Program-made: the position numbers and the translations under genes
Notes under the pieces: generated by a model
What the model saw: only the letters and a program-made list of their open reading frames with translations
Database searches by the model: none
Told to the model about the DNA's origin: nothing
From: Raillietiella orientalis
Lineage: Eukaryota
Length of the DNA stretch: 64,000 nucleotides
Direction: 5' to 3'
Assembly: GCA_036172245.1 (NCBI GenBank)
Contig: JAYWIR010000005.1
Span: 4,898,001 to 4,962,000 of the forward strand
Shown here: positions 13,038 to 26,367 of the stretch, in pieces
Numbering within the stretch: the first letter of the stretch is position 1
Layout of the letters: each line of letters begins with the position of its first letter

Positions 13038-14490
13038 GAATCCTGTGGCATGAAGTTGTTGAGTCGGACTCTGTAACGTTTCTTCGGACGCTGAAGAGAC
13101 TACCGTCGAAGAACTCACTCCAGCTCAGGAGCAGCTCTTCCCCTGATCAGAAAGGGCCGGCGATCGGCGACCACGTCCGCCTGCTAGGTACATCCAGAAA
13201 CGCAGGACTCTCCAGGGATCGTTTCCTTCATTTCTCCTCCCTGCCCCGCGTCCACGCTGCTCTATGAGAAAGCTGTCAAGGCTTGCTCCGTTTCACAGCA
13301 TCCCACTCTCCCACTGGAGGGATCACCCAAGATCTTTTCCTTTCTCCCCTCTGGAAGCGAGTGGACAAATACGAAAATTAAATCATATGAGAGGAAAGGA
13401 AACGTCCCAATATGAAAAAAACTTCACTCTGGGATTTGTTCTGATGAGTTCCCGTGTATTCCTTTTGTTCCTGGGGGTAATCGTATCGGAATTGGAAAGT
13501 TGCCAGATTTATATCCTTCTCTTCTGGAAAATGCGATGACCAACTAAGAGCGCCCAACCGTGCCTCGATGCTGCTCTCCTGTTCGAGGGCGTTCGTCTCC
13601 GTGGTGCAGCGTCCCTATCGGGGGTTGCTGAGGCGTCCCGATAGTCCGGGGTTCGCCTTCGTATTTTTGGGGAAGAAATTAGGGAAAGGAAACAAACCGA
13701 TTGATGACTGGGCGAACAAAGGAAAATAAAAAAATAAAATATAAACGGCGTTGTGCTTTCTCGAGATTCGGGTGAGAACAGCGGCAATCCACCGCCTTCC
13801 ACGTGCCGATTCCACGACCATAGGCGAGATGTGCGCGCGAAAGGAACGGGAGGAGGGATTAGGGACAAAAAAAAAAAAAAACGCACACATACACACACAA
13901 ACACATACACATAAAAAACATCCGACTTGATCAGGGGCGCAGGATCGCACCAACTTTCTAATTGGATTTTCATCATTGCATGAATGGCTGCCGCACGTTA
14001 TTTGTTATTCGCTCGGTTCTCCGTCTCCGTGCTCGAGCATGACCGGTGTAATAGTGAAAGTGGATGACCCTAGGTGAGGAGGCTCTTGTTTCGCCGCGCG
14101 GGAGGGAAATTGCGCGCCCTTCCGGAACTTTCCATGAGCTCTCCCGATACAGTTCGTCCTGAACGAGGATCACAAGGCCGGCGGGGATTTCCTTTTTTTC
14201 TTCTCCCCGCTGCCCTTCGTGATCCCCTTTCCCCCTCCCCTTCTCTGCGCTTCCTTTTGGAGATGACGCCGTAGCTCCCTTGCATCTCGCAGCGGTGCAA
14301 GTCCTCATCAGCTCAGCAGCAGTTCCGTCTTCTCTGGGAAAGGGGGGGAGGGGGTTCTACGCGCGGCGGGCGTCGCACGCTGGTGCCTCCCACAGTAGCC
14401 GGCAGCAAGGGAACAGAGGCAAGACAAAAATAGATGATGGATAGAGAGGAAAGAGAGGAGCATGCCAGGAAACTCCGCAACGATGGCTGC

Positions 14491-14785
14491 ATCAACTTTT
14501 TCCTGGATGCTTCTCGACTCGGTGCTTCCTCCTCCTCTCAAGATCGCTTTGCTGCGCGGCGCACGCAGCTGCCTCTTCTCGCTTCTCTTCGGATCGTCAG
14601 AATCGCTCCCGCGGAGGCGTATCAACAGACGGCGCAGCTTCCTATCTGTAGATCATGGAACATTTCTCTGCGGCAGATAAACAGACGGAGCCGTTCTCAT
14701 CTCCCCGCTCCTCGGCTCACGAAAGCGAACCTGTTCCAGGGAAGGAGAAAGTCGGTGGGAGACCTCGGACCGTGGCGCGAAAGAC
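14491..14785 (+). mobile_element. Possible decayed LINE RT fragment (domain 3, then 6-7)
   Basis: INFFLDASR (cf. FLDxSK), CRSWNISL, KSVGDLGPW (14749-14775, cf. SVKDLGV). Domains 4-5 are not recognisable. Confidence 0.3.
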
Positions 14786-15257
14786 AGGCAAGGGGGGCTC
14801 TCGAGACGGGGCTGCTAGTTCTTCGCGCGCCACCTCCTCTGGATTTACCCTTCCCTCCCCTTCCTTTCCCTGCTGGCGTGGACTGGCTGATTGCGGTTCG
14901 GAGAAGATGGCTGCTGCCCCGTGCGGGGATGGCGGAAGAGTGGGGAGGCACGGAGCACGAGGTGCAGGGGGGAAGGAAAGAGAGGGGGACGATCGTTTCC
15001 GTGCGAAGATCGGTCATCGCGACCTTCCCTGGGAAAAACTGGGAGCTTGGAAGGGGGTCGAGCCCACGAGGAACGAGGCCCCTCATTTCGGACGCTGCCA
15101 GGTAGGCTTCCGCACCCCTCTCGGCGCGCGACCTTTGGAACGCGGCGTTCCTCCCTCCGGCGTTCCACACTGCTGATCTCTGCCGAGGCAGCGGAAAAAA
15201 AAACGCACCGGAAGGGATGTGGACCCGAAGGCCAAGCAAAAGCGAGCACAGCGTGCC

Positions 15258-15890
15258 GGGGTCTTTCCGAGGACACGCCTGATTTTCTGGGCCCGGTTCT
15301 GCCTGCCTGGGGGGGACCGCGTGGTAACGAAACGACGAGAGGTCACGGCAGCGGACGGAATGAGTCTCGGAGCGGCGGTTTCCTCCACCCTGGTTGGCGT
15401 TCTCGAGATGCGGTCCGGCGGAGCAAAACCTCCCAAGATGTCCGAGGAATCGTGGGCTCCCGACGATGCTGCAGCTTCTCGGACGGTGGTTCTTGCGGGT
15501 AGCGACGGGAACGCTAGCGCTCCCGGACCAAGGAGCAACCGGATGCAGTGCTTTCCGGGCCGAAGATTCCTTCGCGACGACCCGTCCAGGAGTCCTCCGA
15601 ATGCCGATCTTCCCCAGCTGTTCCCACTGCCGCTGCTGGCGATCGAAGAGCCGCGCCAGATGGAGGGTGGGGGAGAGCGGTCAGCCAAGTGCTCTGAGGC
15701 AGCTCCGGGGGACTTCGGCAGAGGAGCACTCCGGACTCCAAATCGTGGGAACCTCCAGAGAGTGTTTCCCTTCACGTTGCCTTGGTTACCGGGAGACCCT
15801 GCCCCTCCTCCCTCTCTCCAACGAAATGAGCCCATTTGGTCTCCGCAGGAGTCCAAATGGACGCTCGGCCAGCATGTAGATGAACGTCGC
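15258..15890 (+). mobile_element. Decayed LINE RT (domains 3-7 and thumb) in one open frame
   Basis: ORF 15219-16010: GVFPRTRLIFWARFCL (cf. GIxGRLxxWIxxFL); DGMSLGAAVSSTL (cf. GVPQGxVLSPTL); SWAPDDAA, with the first D 35 residues after the first G (cf. SxYADD); SNRMQCFPGR (cf. NGLxFSPxK); IWSP (15834-15845). Confidence 0.55.
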
Positions 15891-16724
15891 CCAACGCCTT
15901 CCCTCCCTCGAGATGAGTTCCGACTCTTCGCAGAGAAGGAGAACCGAGGTACCGATTCCTGGGCTCCGAGCGAACGTCCCTGCGGTTCGCCGGGAATTTC
16001 AGCAGAGTGAGCAGAGCGAAAGCGCTCCGAAACAAAGGGGGAGAGAGGGGGGAACTCCATTCGGTAGGAAAACCGGAGAAAGGGATGCTCTGCACCACGG
16101 GTCCATGAGAAACAGAGGAATATGCGGCTTCATTACTCATCGGAATATCCAGGCTCAGCACCAATCCAGATCTGCGAAGCGTCAAAGCCTTTGTTCGAAG
16201 GCGTCATGGAAACGATGAAAGTTCCAATGCTAATAAGCGATGGGTAAATCATGCGTCTGGAAGATACGCAGGGCGGTAGATTAGAGACCCGAATAGCAGA
16301 TTTCCGGGAAGAGCAAGGATGAGGAGGCTGTATCATTCGTATACACATTTCTAAAAGATCTTCTCTTCCTTACCCTCCTTCCTGGAAACCGAGGAAAAAA
16401 AAAAAGGCAAACTGCTGCGGGCATTTCGCTTTTCCCACCAGAATCACGTCGGAAATCCAGCTAGAAGATAGCAGGGAGATGGAAAGATTCGCAAGAGCTG
16501 TTAGAGTGCAAATTCGAGTTTCAAGAGGAAAAAAAAAAGGAAGGGGGGGGGGAGGAGGAAAAAAGGGGGAAAAAGAATGAATGGTTTGATGCTGCTGCCG
16601 CCATCACATTTTTCCTTCGGAAGAACAGCATTTTCGAAAAATTCGAAGCACCCACGGGCAAAGAAACTCCGTGCTAAACGAGATGAAGAAACGATTTCGA
16701 GAAGTTTAGTTTAACATTTGGGAA

Positions 16725-17155
16725 CGCGCCAGCGGGGAGTGATGGTCCCGAGGAACTTAGGGGATGCTTCTCAACACTTCGCTCTGAGCGCCCCAGGAAC
16801 GCTTTCGATCCTAGAATCGACCCGCGGGGAACCAGAGCAAGGCAAGGCGGGTTTTCCACTTCTGGTTCTGGGAGAAAACCAGCTGAGCTGTGGCCCACGA
16901 TTTCCACGGTCCACGACGCGGGCATCATGGAAAGCACTTTTGAGGGAGAGAACCGGGAAGGGTCGTGGTGACAACTTACGTAGGCTGCAGAAGCAGCTAC
17001 GGTCGAGCCAACAGCGAAAGCGCTGGCGGTAGCGGCGGTGACGATCCCCGGTCCTATTCTGGGTAAAGCGAATCGGATGACACCGTGACCAGATCGAAGC
17101 GGAACTCTTTGATGCATGCCAGAGCGGAGCGAGCACCGTTTGGGCAAAAACTGGG
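16725..17155 (-). mobile_element. Decayed LINE RT core (domains 2a-5)
   Basis: ORF 16674-17234(-): QFLPKRCS, TASAFAV, TVEIVGHSS, LVPRGSILGSKAF (about 16796-16835, cf. GVPQGSILGPxLF), SLPAGA about 32 residues later (cf. SLFADD). Confidence 0.6.
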
Positions 17156-17513
17156 GCCGACCGATCACCGGACCGGATTGCCGCCGGCGACTCTCCAAAT
17201 CCTGCTCACTTCCGGTGAACCATGACCATTTCACTCAGGGGCTTAGACCGATTCGAATAGCTCGAAGGAAAACGATAGCTGTTGATTTCCGTTTCGCTCG
17301 AGACCTCAGCAAACGAGTACCGGCTGCATCCTTTGCTGCCAGGGACTTCTTTCAGTAGTACTCGAGGAGTACTCGGACACGTGAGCCCTCCCTCATGCGT
17401 GGAATCGCTCCCAGTCGCTGATCTGACAAGAGCTATCGAGCGCGGTCACCAGACATGGGAAGGTGTCTGACGACCGCACCCCAAGTGGAACGGCTGACAG
17501 GCTCCCTCTGAGA

Positions 17514-17745
17514 AGCAGTTGGCCAGTGTCTTCGTAGGATCGAAAGAGAAGTCTCTTTTGTTCGCGCTCAATGGCTCCGTCGACCTCGGGAAACACCAAC
17601 ACTTGCAGGAGGCGACGTCCTCGAATCCACAATGCTGGCTCCTCTTCTCTTAAGGCTATAGATCACGATATTCAATACCAAGGGGGCATTTAAGGGATGG
17701 GATCCACTTAACGAGGATGGGTCAGCGAGGACTCCCCTTCCGAAA
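17514..17745 (-). mobile_element. Decayed LINE RT (domains 4-6), RTE/R2-like wording
   Basis: GRGVL...GSHPLNAPLVLNIVIYSL (cf. RGVxQGxPLSPLLFNIV), then in another frame IRGRRLLQVLVFPEVD (cf. IxGxRLxxLxFADD) and YEDTGQLL. Confidence 0.5.
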
Positions 17746-18804
17746 CGGGCGGGGTCAACAGTCTGCCTTCTAGGGAAACAAGAGGACACCGGCGAAAAAA
17801 GACATGGTCACTCGGGATGTTCCGTGATAGTGGATGTAAATTTTTCTGTCGCGCCGCGCTGTACCAGCAGCTCGATCTTTCAGAGTGAAACGTTTCTTCA
17901 GCCCTCGTAGCTGACAAAGACCCGGTTCCTCGCAAGCTCCCAAAGATTCCTCTCCTGGAAAGGAGGATCCCGAAAACTGCCAATCCAGTCCATGTTAGAT
18001 TTATCGGGATTATCAGGATGCTTCCCTTCAGACGGCAGGATCCGAAGGAATTTTGAATCCCCATGCAAGAGAGAAATAGGTGTCACGGTTCCTGCTCATT
18101 CCGCAGAGGAATGGGAACATTCAGACACCTGGAGGTTTCCCAGAGGCTTTGCAATAGAACGTGCCATTCCGTACTGCTCCATCCCGTTAAACTTCAAGAT
18201 CGAGTTCTGCAGCCACTTGCTGCTCAAACAAAAAGACGTTCCTCTTTGTGAATCATTGAGGACGATGATCCTAGTAAAGGTATTCGATTACTTCTTTAAC
18301 CAGCGACGAGAAACCAGAAGAAAGATCGGCAGATTCCGCACTGAGTGCGCTTCATCGATGACATCGACTGCGTCATCGATTGTGAAGCAGCGTGGACGGA
18401 AGAGTCATCTTCCATGAGTTTCGTCCTCTTCACCATCAGGAGTGGTGTTGCTGCTTCGTTCGTGGCAGGAAACCACGCGCCTCTTGTGGGTCGGCTGCCT
18501 CGGCAGCCGACGGTACAGCGCGCCCCAAGGCTTGGCCCGCGAATCGCCCAGCTTCTGTGCTGGCGGATTTCGGCGAAAAACCCGCGGGAGCGAATGGTTC
18601 TGAAGCGGTTGCAACGTATCCCTCGACTGGAAGGACGCAGTCTTCACGAAGAGCCACTTTTCCATGGCGAAGAACGCAGTCTTTCCTTTGCACCATCGAA
18701 TTCCCGAGAGTTCCGCAACCTCGTTCCTGGAAGTGCTGCTCGAATCTCCAGGTTGTTTTTGATTTCGAAATCAAGATCTGAAAACTTCCCTGGGGGAAGA
18801 AGAG

Positions 18805-19025
18805 CGCCTTCCAAAGGCTGAACTCTAATGGTCCTGGATAAGAGAAACAAGACTGTTTCGTGAGGACGAATAAGACCACGTGGATATCATCCGGAACCAC
18901 ATCTCCAAAAAAGAATCTCCACCAATGGGGAAAATTAGCTACATGGGAGTGGTTTACAAGAGTGAGAGCCTCATTTCTGTGCAGTGAAAGTCCAGTTGGT
19001 TGAAAATCAGCGTGATGGCCGTCGG
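18805..19025 (-). mobile_element. Decayed LINE RT (domains 4-6)
   Basis: AITLIFNQLD (cf. SPLLFN); IGGDSFLEMW followed by ttc-cg gat gat atc, i.e. F(A)DDI with a 1-nt deletion (18883-18926); GPLEFSLWK (cf. GLxFSxxK). Confidence 0.5.
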
Positions 19026-19964
19026 CGATGCTGGGTAGTTCGACGTCCGGCGATGCAGTTGGAGCTCTCGATCATTCTCTTGCGACGCTGGCAGCAAGTG
19101 GTCTCAGACGGGTCTACACCGGAATCCATCCACTACTAATAGACGAAGCGCGGGAGGGAAACCAGAGAATTTCGTTCGATTCCATTTGGAATCCCAGGGA
19201 ACGCCACATCCCGCGTGCCGCCTCCATTATCCCACCTAATGAATTCTCTGCATACATCCCCCTTGGTCCTAATGCAAAGACTCGATGTGGAATGTCGCCA
19301 GTCTTCCAGTTCACAAGAATCAGTGGCTCCTAAGCAGTTCACTCATTGAAAATTAAGCACATCATCTGGCGACCAGGGCATCGTTAGATCGGAAAGGACC
19401 GGCCGTCAATTGATATCCAAGCAGAATGAGATAGCTCTGAGATGGAGACGAGAGCAAGCGGCCCACTCCCGTCCGCACTGTGATAAGCGAGGCGGCGCAC
19501 TGATGTTTATTTTCATATCTTCTGGAAAAGCGCTTTTCACTTTCCTCCGTGTGTATCTTCCCGGTTCCCGAGTCTGGAGTATGGGCGCTGCGACAAAGGA
19601 ACGCCCTTCCGACCGGAGTAAGTCGGAGCACGACTGTGGTTCGAACTTGCTCTCCTCATCAGGCATAACTCAAGCAAGATTAATTAAGAAGGAAGTTTAG
19701 ATCGCAAGTATTAGGCGAGAGATTTATGCCGGTCGAGAGTATAATTCTTCCAGAGGGAGCTGTTTCATCTGGTGCAGATAAAAACAAATGGGTTCGGGTC
19801 TTCCCTTTCGAAGCGTGTGGCATTAATGCGAGACTTTGCTGAGGTCCGATCAGCTCAACACAAGATCTCGTTCTCGAAGCACTTGGCTTTCTAGACGCCA
19901 ATTTTTCCCTACGCTTGAACCTTCCATCTAGCTGCTTGAAGGATGCGAGGTTACGCAAAAGAGG

Positions 19965-19982
19965 GAGAGAGAGAGAGAGAGA
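19965..19982. repeat. (GA)9 microsatellite
   Basis: Read directly. Confidence 0.9.
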
Positions 19983-22603
19983 AAGAGAAAATGCAAGAAA
20001 GGTGAAGCTTGTCCACAGCTTCCACGTCCTGCCTCCTTCGCCGCCGTTCGCGGAGGGCTGGTCCGTGGAGGGTATTCAAAGAGCGGGAGTGTTTTCCAGT
20101 GTTCTCTGTCGACGTTGAGGCTTTGCCCGGTGGGTTAACCTCCGCGGTTCGAATCTTCAGCCGTTCCCCTTGGCGCCGGGAATTTTCGCCATTTGCGCCA
20201 CGCCTGCTCCCTTGGTTTTCGGCTCCATACGGGGTTTAACTGTTAGTGGTCTCCTTCTCGGAGACTAGACGGTGTGGATCTGCGCCCAGTCGTTTCGCGG
20301 GCGCCCTCTAGCCAATGTGCCTAGTAGATGTCTAGTAGAAGTGAACTGGTAAACTTCAATCTGCATCACCCGGTGTTGTACTGTCCCTGTGTCGAGAAGC
20401 AGACTGCTCCTAACTGTCAGGAGTAAACATGTTTGTTATTCAAATGCTATCAATATATATATAAAATATTTTAATGAGGCTGCACAGTGAAGCTGGATCG
20501 ATGGTGATTAATTAGCAAACGTAAAAGTGACAAATAATGAATAATAATAAAAAATAAATGAGTCATAAAATTCAGCTTGCTTGGATGCACTAAATCGAGA
20601 TTAAAGACAGGAGAATCCTTACCGGAATTGATTTTCCACGAATCGCAGGAAACGTTCCTGAACTCTTGTTTTGCTTTGCTTTCTTTTTTTTTTTTTAAAA
20701 GACCATGTGAATGGGCGAATGACCTGCTTTGAGGCTTCGGCTTCAACAGCTGGATCTTTTCTGCCTCCATTTTTTTTTTTTTTTTGGTTCTGTTGCGAAG
20801 TCTGCGTTGCACATCTGGATTAGGCTGAAAATCACGCGTCCAAAAGTTTTTTTCCTCCTGTGCTTCCGGCAATCCGTTCCCTCAAATTCTTTGGATGTGA
20901 GCTGCAAAAGTTTCCCAGATGTGCTGAGTCATTAGGGTTTGCTTCGATCTGTTTCCCCTCAGCTCATTCGGTGATCTTCATGTTAGGGAAATTCGATCGT
21001 GAATATTTATGTTTTTTTTTTTTTTTATCCCAAAGAAAACGAAGAACTGCCGCAAGTCTTGTTCTCGAAATGTTCCTGAGGCTGCAGCTCGTCCATTATC
21101 GAAGGTCCTTTGCTGCTCGTAGTGCCCCTTGCTTGCTGATCACACTGGCTGATGCTTTGCATGACCAGAAAGTGACCACTGCAACCACACACGCTCCAAA
21201 CATCTCATTCGCCGCTGGCCTTTCCCATTGTTTCCTTGAACGGTCCTCCTCAACGCTTCTTACTGTCGAAGCCGTGGTCACCACTAGAGGGCGCAGCTGC
21301 TGCTGATGGTTTCAGAAGCGGAATATTCACAGCCCGGACGCGCGCGATCGACCTCCTGGAAGTTGCCTCTGAAGCTGCGTGGAAGCCAGGATCGATGATT
21401 TAGTGACCTCCCAGAGAACACGCACCTCCTGCTACCGGACCACGTCCGTTCGAATTTCTCCTCTCGGCTTTTCGGACGTCTCTCAAAATGCCAGCTTTTC
21501 TTTAATTCAAACGAGGTGGTGGCAAAACTCTCCGCGGACCATGGCTCACATCAAACTGCATCCGGTTCGACTACCGCATCCAGTTCAAAACCGATGTCGC
21601 TCTGGTAGTAGCAACCGATAAATGATCTGTGGTCGTTTCTCCGATGTACGTTAATTATAAAGGCGAACGTGGGAGAAGTCGTGACTTTTTTTTTTTTTTT
21701 CTAAAAAAAATGCTCTGTTTATCCTCTATGTCCTCAGCGGTTCTTCCCACGAAGCGGGAAAACTCGTATGCAAATTCGAAGAGGGGATCTCGGTATTAAC
21801 CCCATCAACTTTTGTGAGTTACTACGTAATTTATTATTAATTCAAAGTCTGCATGCTGCTGTGCGCGGATGATGTGACTTCTGGACGATTTTGTCCTGAG
21901 GATCCCCTTCATTCTTTAAACTGTGGAAAGCTTTCCCCCTGCTTGCCGACGCCGACACCACTGTGGAATGTCGATGCAGGCCATCTTGGTCAGGTGTGCG
22001 TGAACTCAAGACAAGAGCAGCGAGGAGTTTCCAGGTGCATTCTCGTTAGCGCAGTTCTGATCATCGCAACCGGAAGGGCCACTTCGAAATTCGCCTTCGC
22101 GGAAGGATCGCCAAAGGCGTCTTCAGGGCGGAATATGCAAGTTCCGGGAAACTTTTCCCATTTTTTGCCTTCGGGACGGAAGTCTTTTTTCCGACTTCGC
22201 ATCTTCGTGGCGGCTGCACCTTCGACGGCGGTTCCGAACACCCTCATCCGCCATTCTGAATCGGGAGGGAAGGAAACGAGTCATCACCCCTTGTGTGCTT
22301 GGCCCCCGCTTTTTTTTTTCCGATCTCTCATTCGTAGAATTTCGGGGCCTCGCAACACGGAAACAGCGCTGCAACTTCCCGCTTGGAGATCCCGCGCAGA
22401 TGCCTCGTGACGAATGAGCAGCCAGCAGCGGACGGAAGACGCAAGAGAGGACGAATGATCAGCAGCGACTGGTAAAATCTGAGCTGTGAAGACTGGAGCG
22501 AGTGACGCAGGCAAGAAGAGAGGCGCAGAAGCCTCATTCGCAGCAGAGGAGCTCCTGTCTGTTGCTGCCGCCGGATCCTCCTGGGACAGAAAGTGAAATG
22601 TTT

Positions 22604-23040
22604 CAGACCACGCGATTCAGAGCAGGAAATCGAATGACCCCACACCAGTTGGCGAGAGAAGAGGATCCCTGCTATCATTATTGCTATTATTAGGATTTTA
22701 TTTCTTTCGCCTTACATTTGCCAGCCGCTTTCCCACAGTTTCGGAGGCCTTCTTTTCCTCCTGGAAGTGTCTCCCGTCTTTCTCCCTCCTTCCTCTTAAA
22801 AGTTCTGGTTTTGAATATTGTTCTTCGTGTTTCCGGCAGCTCAGTTCGCTCAGCTCAGGCCGCTCTGATTTATGGCGCCGACGATGCTGTGTTTGCGCAG
22901 GGCAGGCTGGCTCCCTTCAAGATGGAGGGCTGGGCCCGCATAGTCTGCCCCGTGTAGCATCCATCACTTTTCCTCACCTTCATGGGTGACTTCGTTTACG
23001 AGGGCGTGGAAGACGGAAGCGACCGTTTCCTTGTCTGAGT
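22604..23040 (+). mobile_element. Decayed LINE RT (domains 2a-7, internal deletion between 3 and 4)
   Basis: QTTRFRAGNRMTPHQL (cf. QxGFRxGRSTxDQL); LHLPAAF (22712, cf. LDLSAAF); FPPGSVSRLSP...LNIVL; LIYGADDAVF (YGADD 22871-22885); FPCLS (23026-23040, cf. FxYLG). Confidence 0.6.
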
Positions 23041-25140
23041 GAAAAGCCCAAGGAGCATCTCCCTTTCGGGTGCAGAGTTCGCGATCAATCGACGAGGGCA
23101 CGGTCGTATTTTTAACATCCCCGGAGGAGAGGTGTCAGGATTTTTCAACATCCCCGAAAGTATCTTTTCATGCTGCTAATCAGTTCCTCGTTCCGTTTCC
23201 CCGAGAAGTGTCCTCCACCCAGATCTGGGGAAGCGCAGCCTGCAGTTGCCGGAAGCCCGCGCACCACGAGACGGGCTTTTCAGCCGCTGCTCTCGGGAGA
23301 GCGAGTCTTTCGTTTCGCACCTTCGGGTTCCTTAGCTCCGATCACCTCCGGAATCGGAGCGAAATCGTTCTTGTATCGAGTCGGAACGGTACCCTTGGAG
23401 ATCGCCCGCGATCTTCTGCTCGCTGAGGACGGCGCTGTGGATCCCGGACCTCGTGGACGAAAACCGTTCTTCGTGATCTCGACGAATCTGCTGATCTTCC
23501 AGGACTTGTAAAGTGGGCTTCCAGGAAGACACAGGCGGACGAGTCGAGTTTCATGAAACTGTGCCCAAGAGTAGCCAAAAGCAGACCAGCCATGAGGAAA
23601 GCCTCTGGTCTTGTGCATCTGAAAAACAGCAGACAGTGAAATGCGTCACGCAAGTCCAAGAATCGATGCTTCAAGGTGGAACCGAAATCCCGATGAGTCA
23701 CATACCAACGGCAGTTTCAACCACGCCACGTGCTCTTTACAGTTGGTTCATTTTTTGGAACGGCATGAAATGGATGGCTTCTTTCTTTTTTCTGCCTCGG
23801 AGATTAAGAAGCACCGAGATCGTTTGGCTAGTTTTTGTGTGCTTCCGCACATCGTGCAGACAACCTCGAGAGGATTCATTGAAACTAAAGAGGCCATCAA
23901 ACCGTGTTACAGCCCTTTTCGCGAACGCAACACACAACGCGGGCAGCACGGCATTTCACGCCAATCGATGAGACCGGCAGCGGAACGGGGATGTCCACGG
24001 AAATTCAAAAACAAGAGGGAAGAAAAAAAGAAAAACATCTTGTTAGACCACAGATGCGAAAGGTCTTCTCTACGGTGGATGTGCGGAAGCGCGAAACGAG
24101 CGGAATCGATTTGGTCCTCGGGCTTCTTCCAGCCGGGAATCCACCAGCGCATCTTCGCGAAAGGAATCGCAGGATGGAAAGGAAAACCAATTCACGAATT
24201 GATTTCCAAAATTTTCCAAAGTCAGGTCGGAGAGGGACTCTTTGGGACTCCTTAGGGAGATCCGCTCTCGCTGCTCCTCGCAACGTACTCTGGCCAAATG
24301 CTGGCCTTCTATTTCCAACTGAGGAAGAAGAGAACGTCAGCGAAAAAAAGAAAAAAAAAAAGCAAGCAAACAAACAAAGCGCCAAAGAGCCAAAAAGCAA
24401 AACAAAAACCAAAAGCCTGATTCTGGAATTAGTTCGCCTACCCGCTTGAGTCCTCTTTCGGTACTCTGTCTGTACCAGTCCCTGCTTTGGAGTGAAGGCA
24501 TCGGGTTGGAGCAGTTTCGCTCATCAATCCGGGTGGTGCACTGCTGGCTTCCGGCGGGCTCTGCCATTTCCTCTTTGTCAGTGAGTACCTTAAACTGTGC
24601 TCCGTTACGGCAGGCCGCGAGTCGTGCGGACAGATCCGCTCCAGTGTTGAGGCTTGTTGTCTTCAGCTCCCGATGTAGGTTTTGCACGACGAGGGCTGCT
24701 GCGAACACGTCGGACGGGAAGCAGCAGTGTCCAAATACAATAAACCGCGCCTCGTAATCCCGTACGCGGGAGGGAACTGCTCCAGGATTCGTAGAATTCA
24801 GTCCGGCCCGTCCACTTCGAGAAGAGTGGAGCCGCAAGCTCCGACAACATCCCGTCGTTTGCGGCTGCGAGCGCACGCAGATGCAGATGTGGCACTTCTG
24901 TCACTTGCGCGCCATCACTTTTTCGCGACCCACGCTCGGGCGTTCCGCACACCTTTCGCTTTCGCACGCCTCGCCAGGTCGGTCCAGCCGGAAGTGAGAT
25001 GGTGCTGCGTCCAGCATAGACGAAGCCCCAAACACAACTCGCTTCCGTGAGCTGCGTCGCTAGGAGTTGCGGAGGCCGGAGCTTCTCACGAAAAGCAGCA
25101 TGCTCCAGCTTTCTAGATCTTTCTGCCTTCTCTGCAGGAA

Positions 25141-25230
25141 AGCAGGGAAAGAAAGGAAAATTGCGGTATAAGAACAATAAGTTGGTTTCGGGAACAATTC
25201 AGGAGTACAGCTCCGGCGAAAGAGTTAGGT
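25141..25230 (+). mobile_element. Possible LINE RT fragment (domains 1-2)
   Basis: KKGKLRYKNNKLVSGT...GERV resembles KKGxxxxxxNYRPVSLT...ERI. Confidence 0.3.
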
Positions 25231-26367
25231 AAGCGGGAGCGACCATGGCATGCTCGATTCCGATTCGCTGTGCAACCTGAGTGAAGCGGATCACTTCGTG
25301 ACGCGTTCAGAGTTCGTCATGCTCTTTTCGGAGTAGGTCCACTGGATGGGAGTTTAAGAGAAATAATAATGTTCGGAAAGTGCGTCAGGCCTAGCGGCCC
25401 AACCGCATGCAGCACAGGTGTCTGCTTCATCGCGTACACGGGGAGTGGGACCCTTTCGTCTGCGAAGGAGAGCCGTTCTCCTACTTCGCAAATGGGGGAT
25501 CCCGAAATCGGTTACGAGGTTTGTGCAACGCTCCCCATTCCGAGCGGGTGGACCTTCTCTCTTTCGGGAATCTGCCACGCTTACCTCTGCCGCCGAGGTT
25601 CGTTAGGGATTTCTCCTGTTTTGCACGTTGCCCGGGTTCAGAAGTTCTCGCAGCTTCTTGCCAAGATCTGAAAATCGCTTCAGAATCCTGGGCGCGCGAT
25701 GCCCGTGCTTCCTCGCTGCGAAGATCTGTTTATTGCAGGATTATCGAGGAATGATTGCTGCCTTTGCATTTGCCGGATGATTCGCTATCCTGTGCTGATG
25801 ATGAAATGGTAATCCGAGGTAGCCGCTCGTGATTGAGTTTGATAGGAGATTCCCTTCATTCCACAGCGGATAACACTGGGGGAAAAGCATCGGATGCAGG
25901 GCGCACCTCGGCGCTCCGTGGCACACCCGTAATTCTGGTCCAAAGATTACAGAGGAAAGTCATCTTTACTGCTTCTTTTCTGAGATAGCATCTTCCTACA
26001 ATACACTAATAGCATTCCTCTTCGAGTACCCAATCACCAAAGTCATAACACATGTGTATTGTGCACTTATTACGCTGCATACTTTCTGTTTTTTTTTTTT
26101 TTTTCAAAGAAAGGCAATAGTTTTATTTATTTTTTTTCCCTCTTTCTCCTTCCTTTTCCAAGGGCACGAGTTCGTGCTTTTCGGAAAACCACTTCAGACG
26201 GTTCTGTCTGGATGCTCCCTTCACTGCTACATGGCATCCTCATCGAGATGAAGGAAGGAGATCAAACGGCAGCGTTAATTGCCCGGATTTTCGTTTGACA
26301 TCATATGGGGGAGGGGCACGAAGCAGGTGGAGCAAACGAGGCGACCCTGCTCGAGAAAGGTAAACAA

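Noticed and set aside
20146..20155. GGTTCGAATC B-box (tRNA or SINE)
   Set aside because: No convincing A-box or cloverleaf upstream.
25138..25228. Candidate 91-bp exon with strong splice sites (TCTGCAG|, AG|GTAAGC)
   Set aside because: Isolated, with no compatible neighbours identified; the peptide resembles RT domains 1-2.
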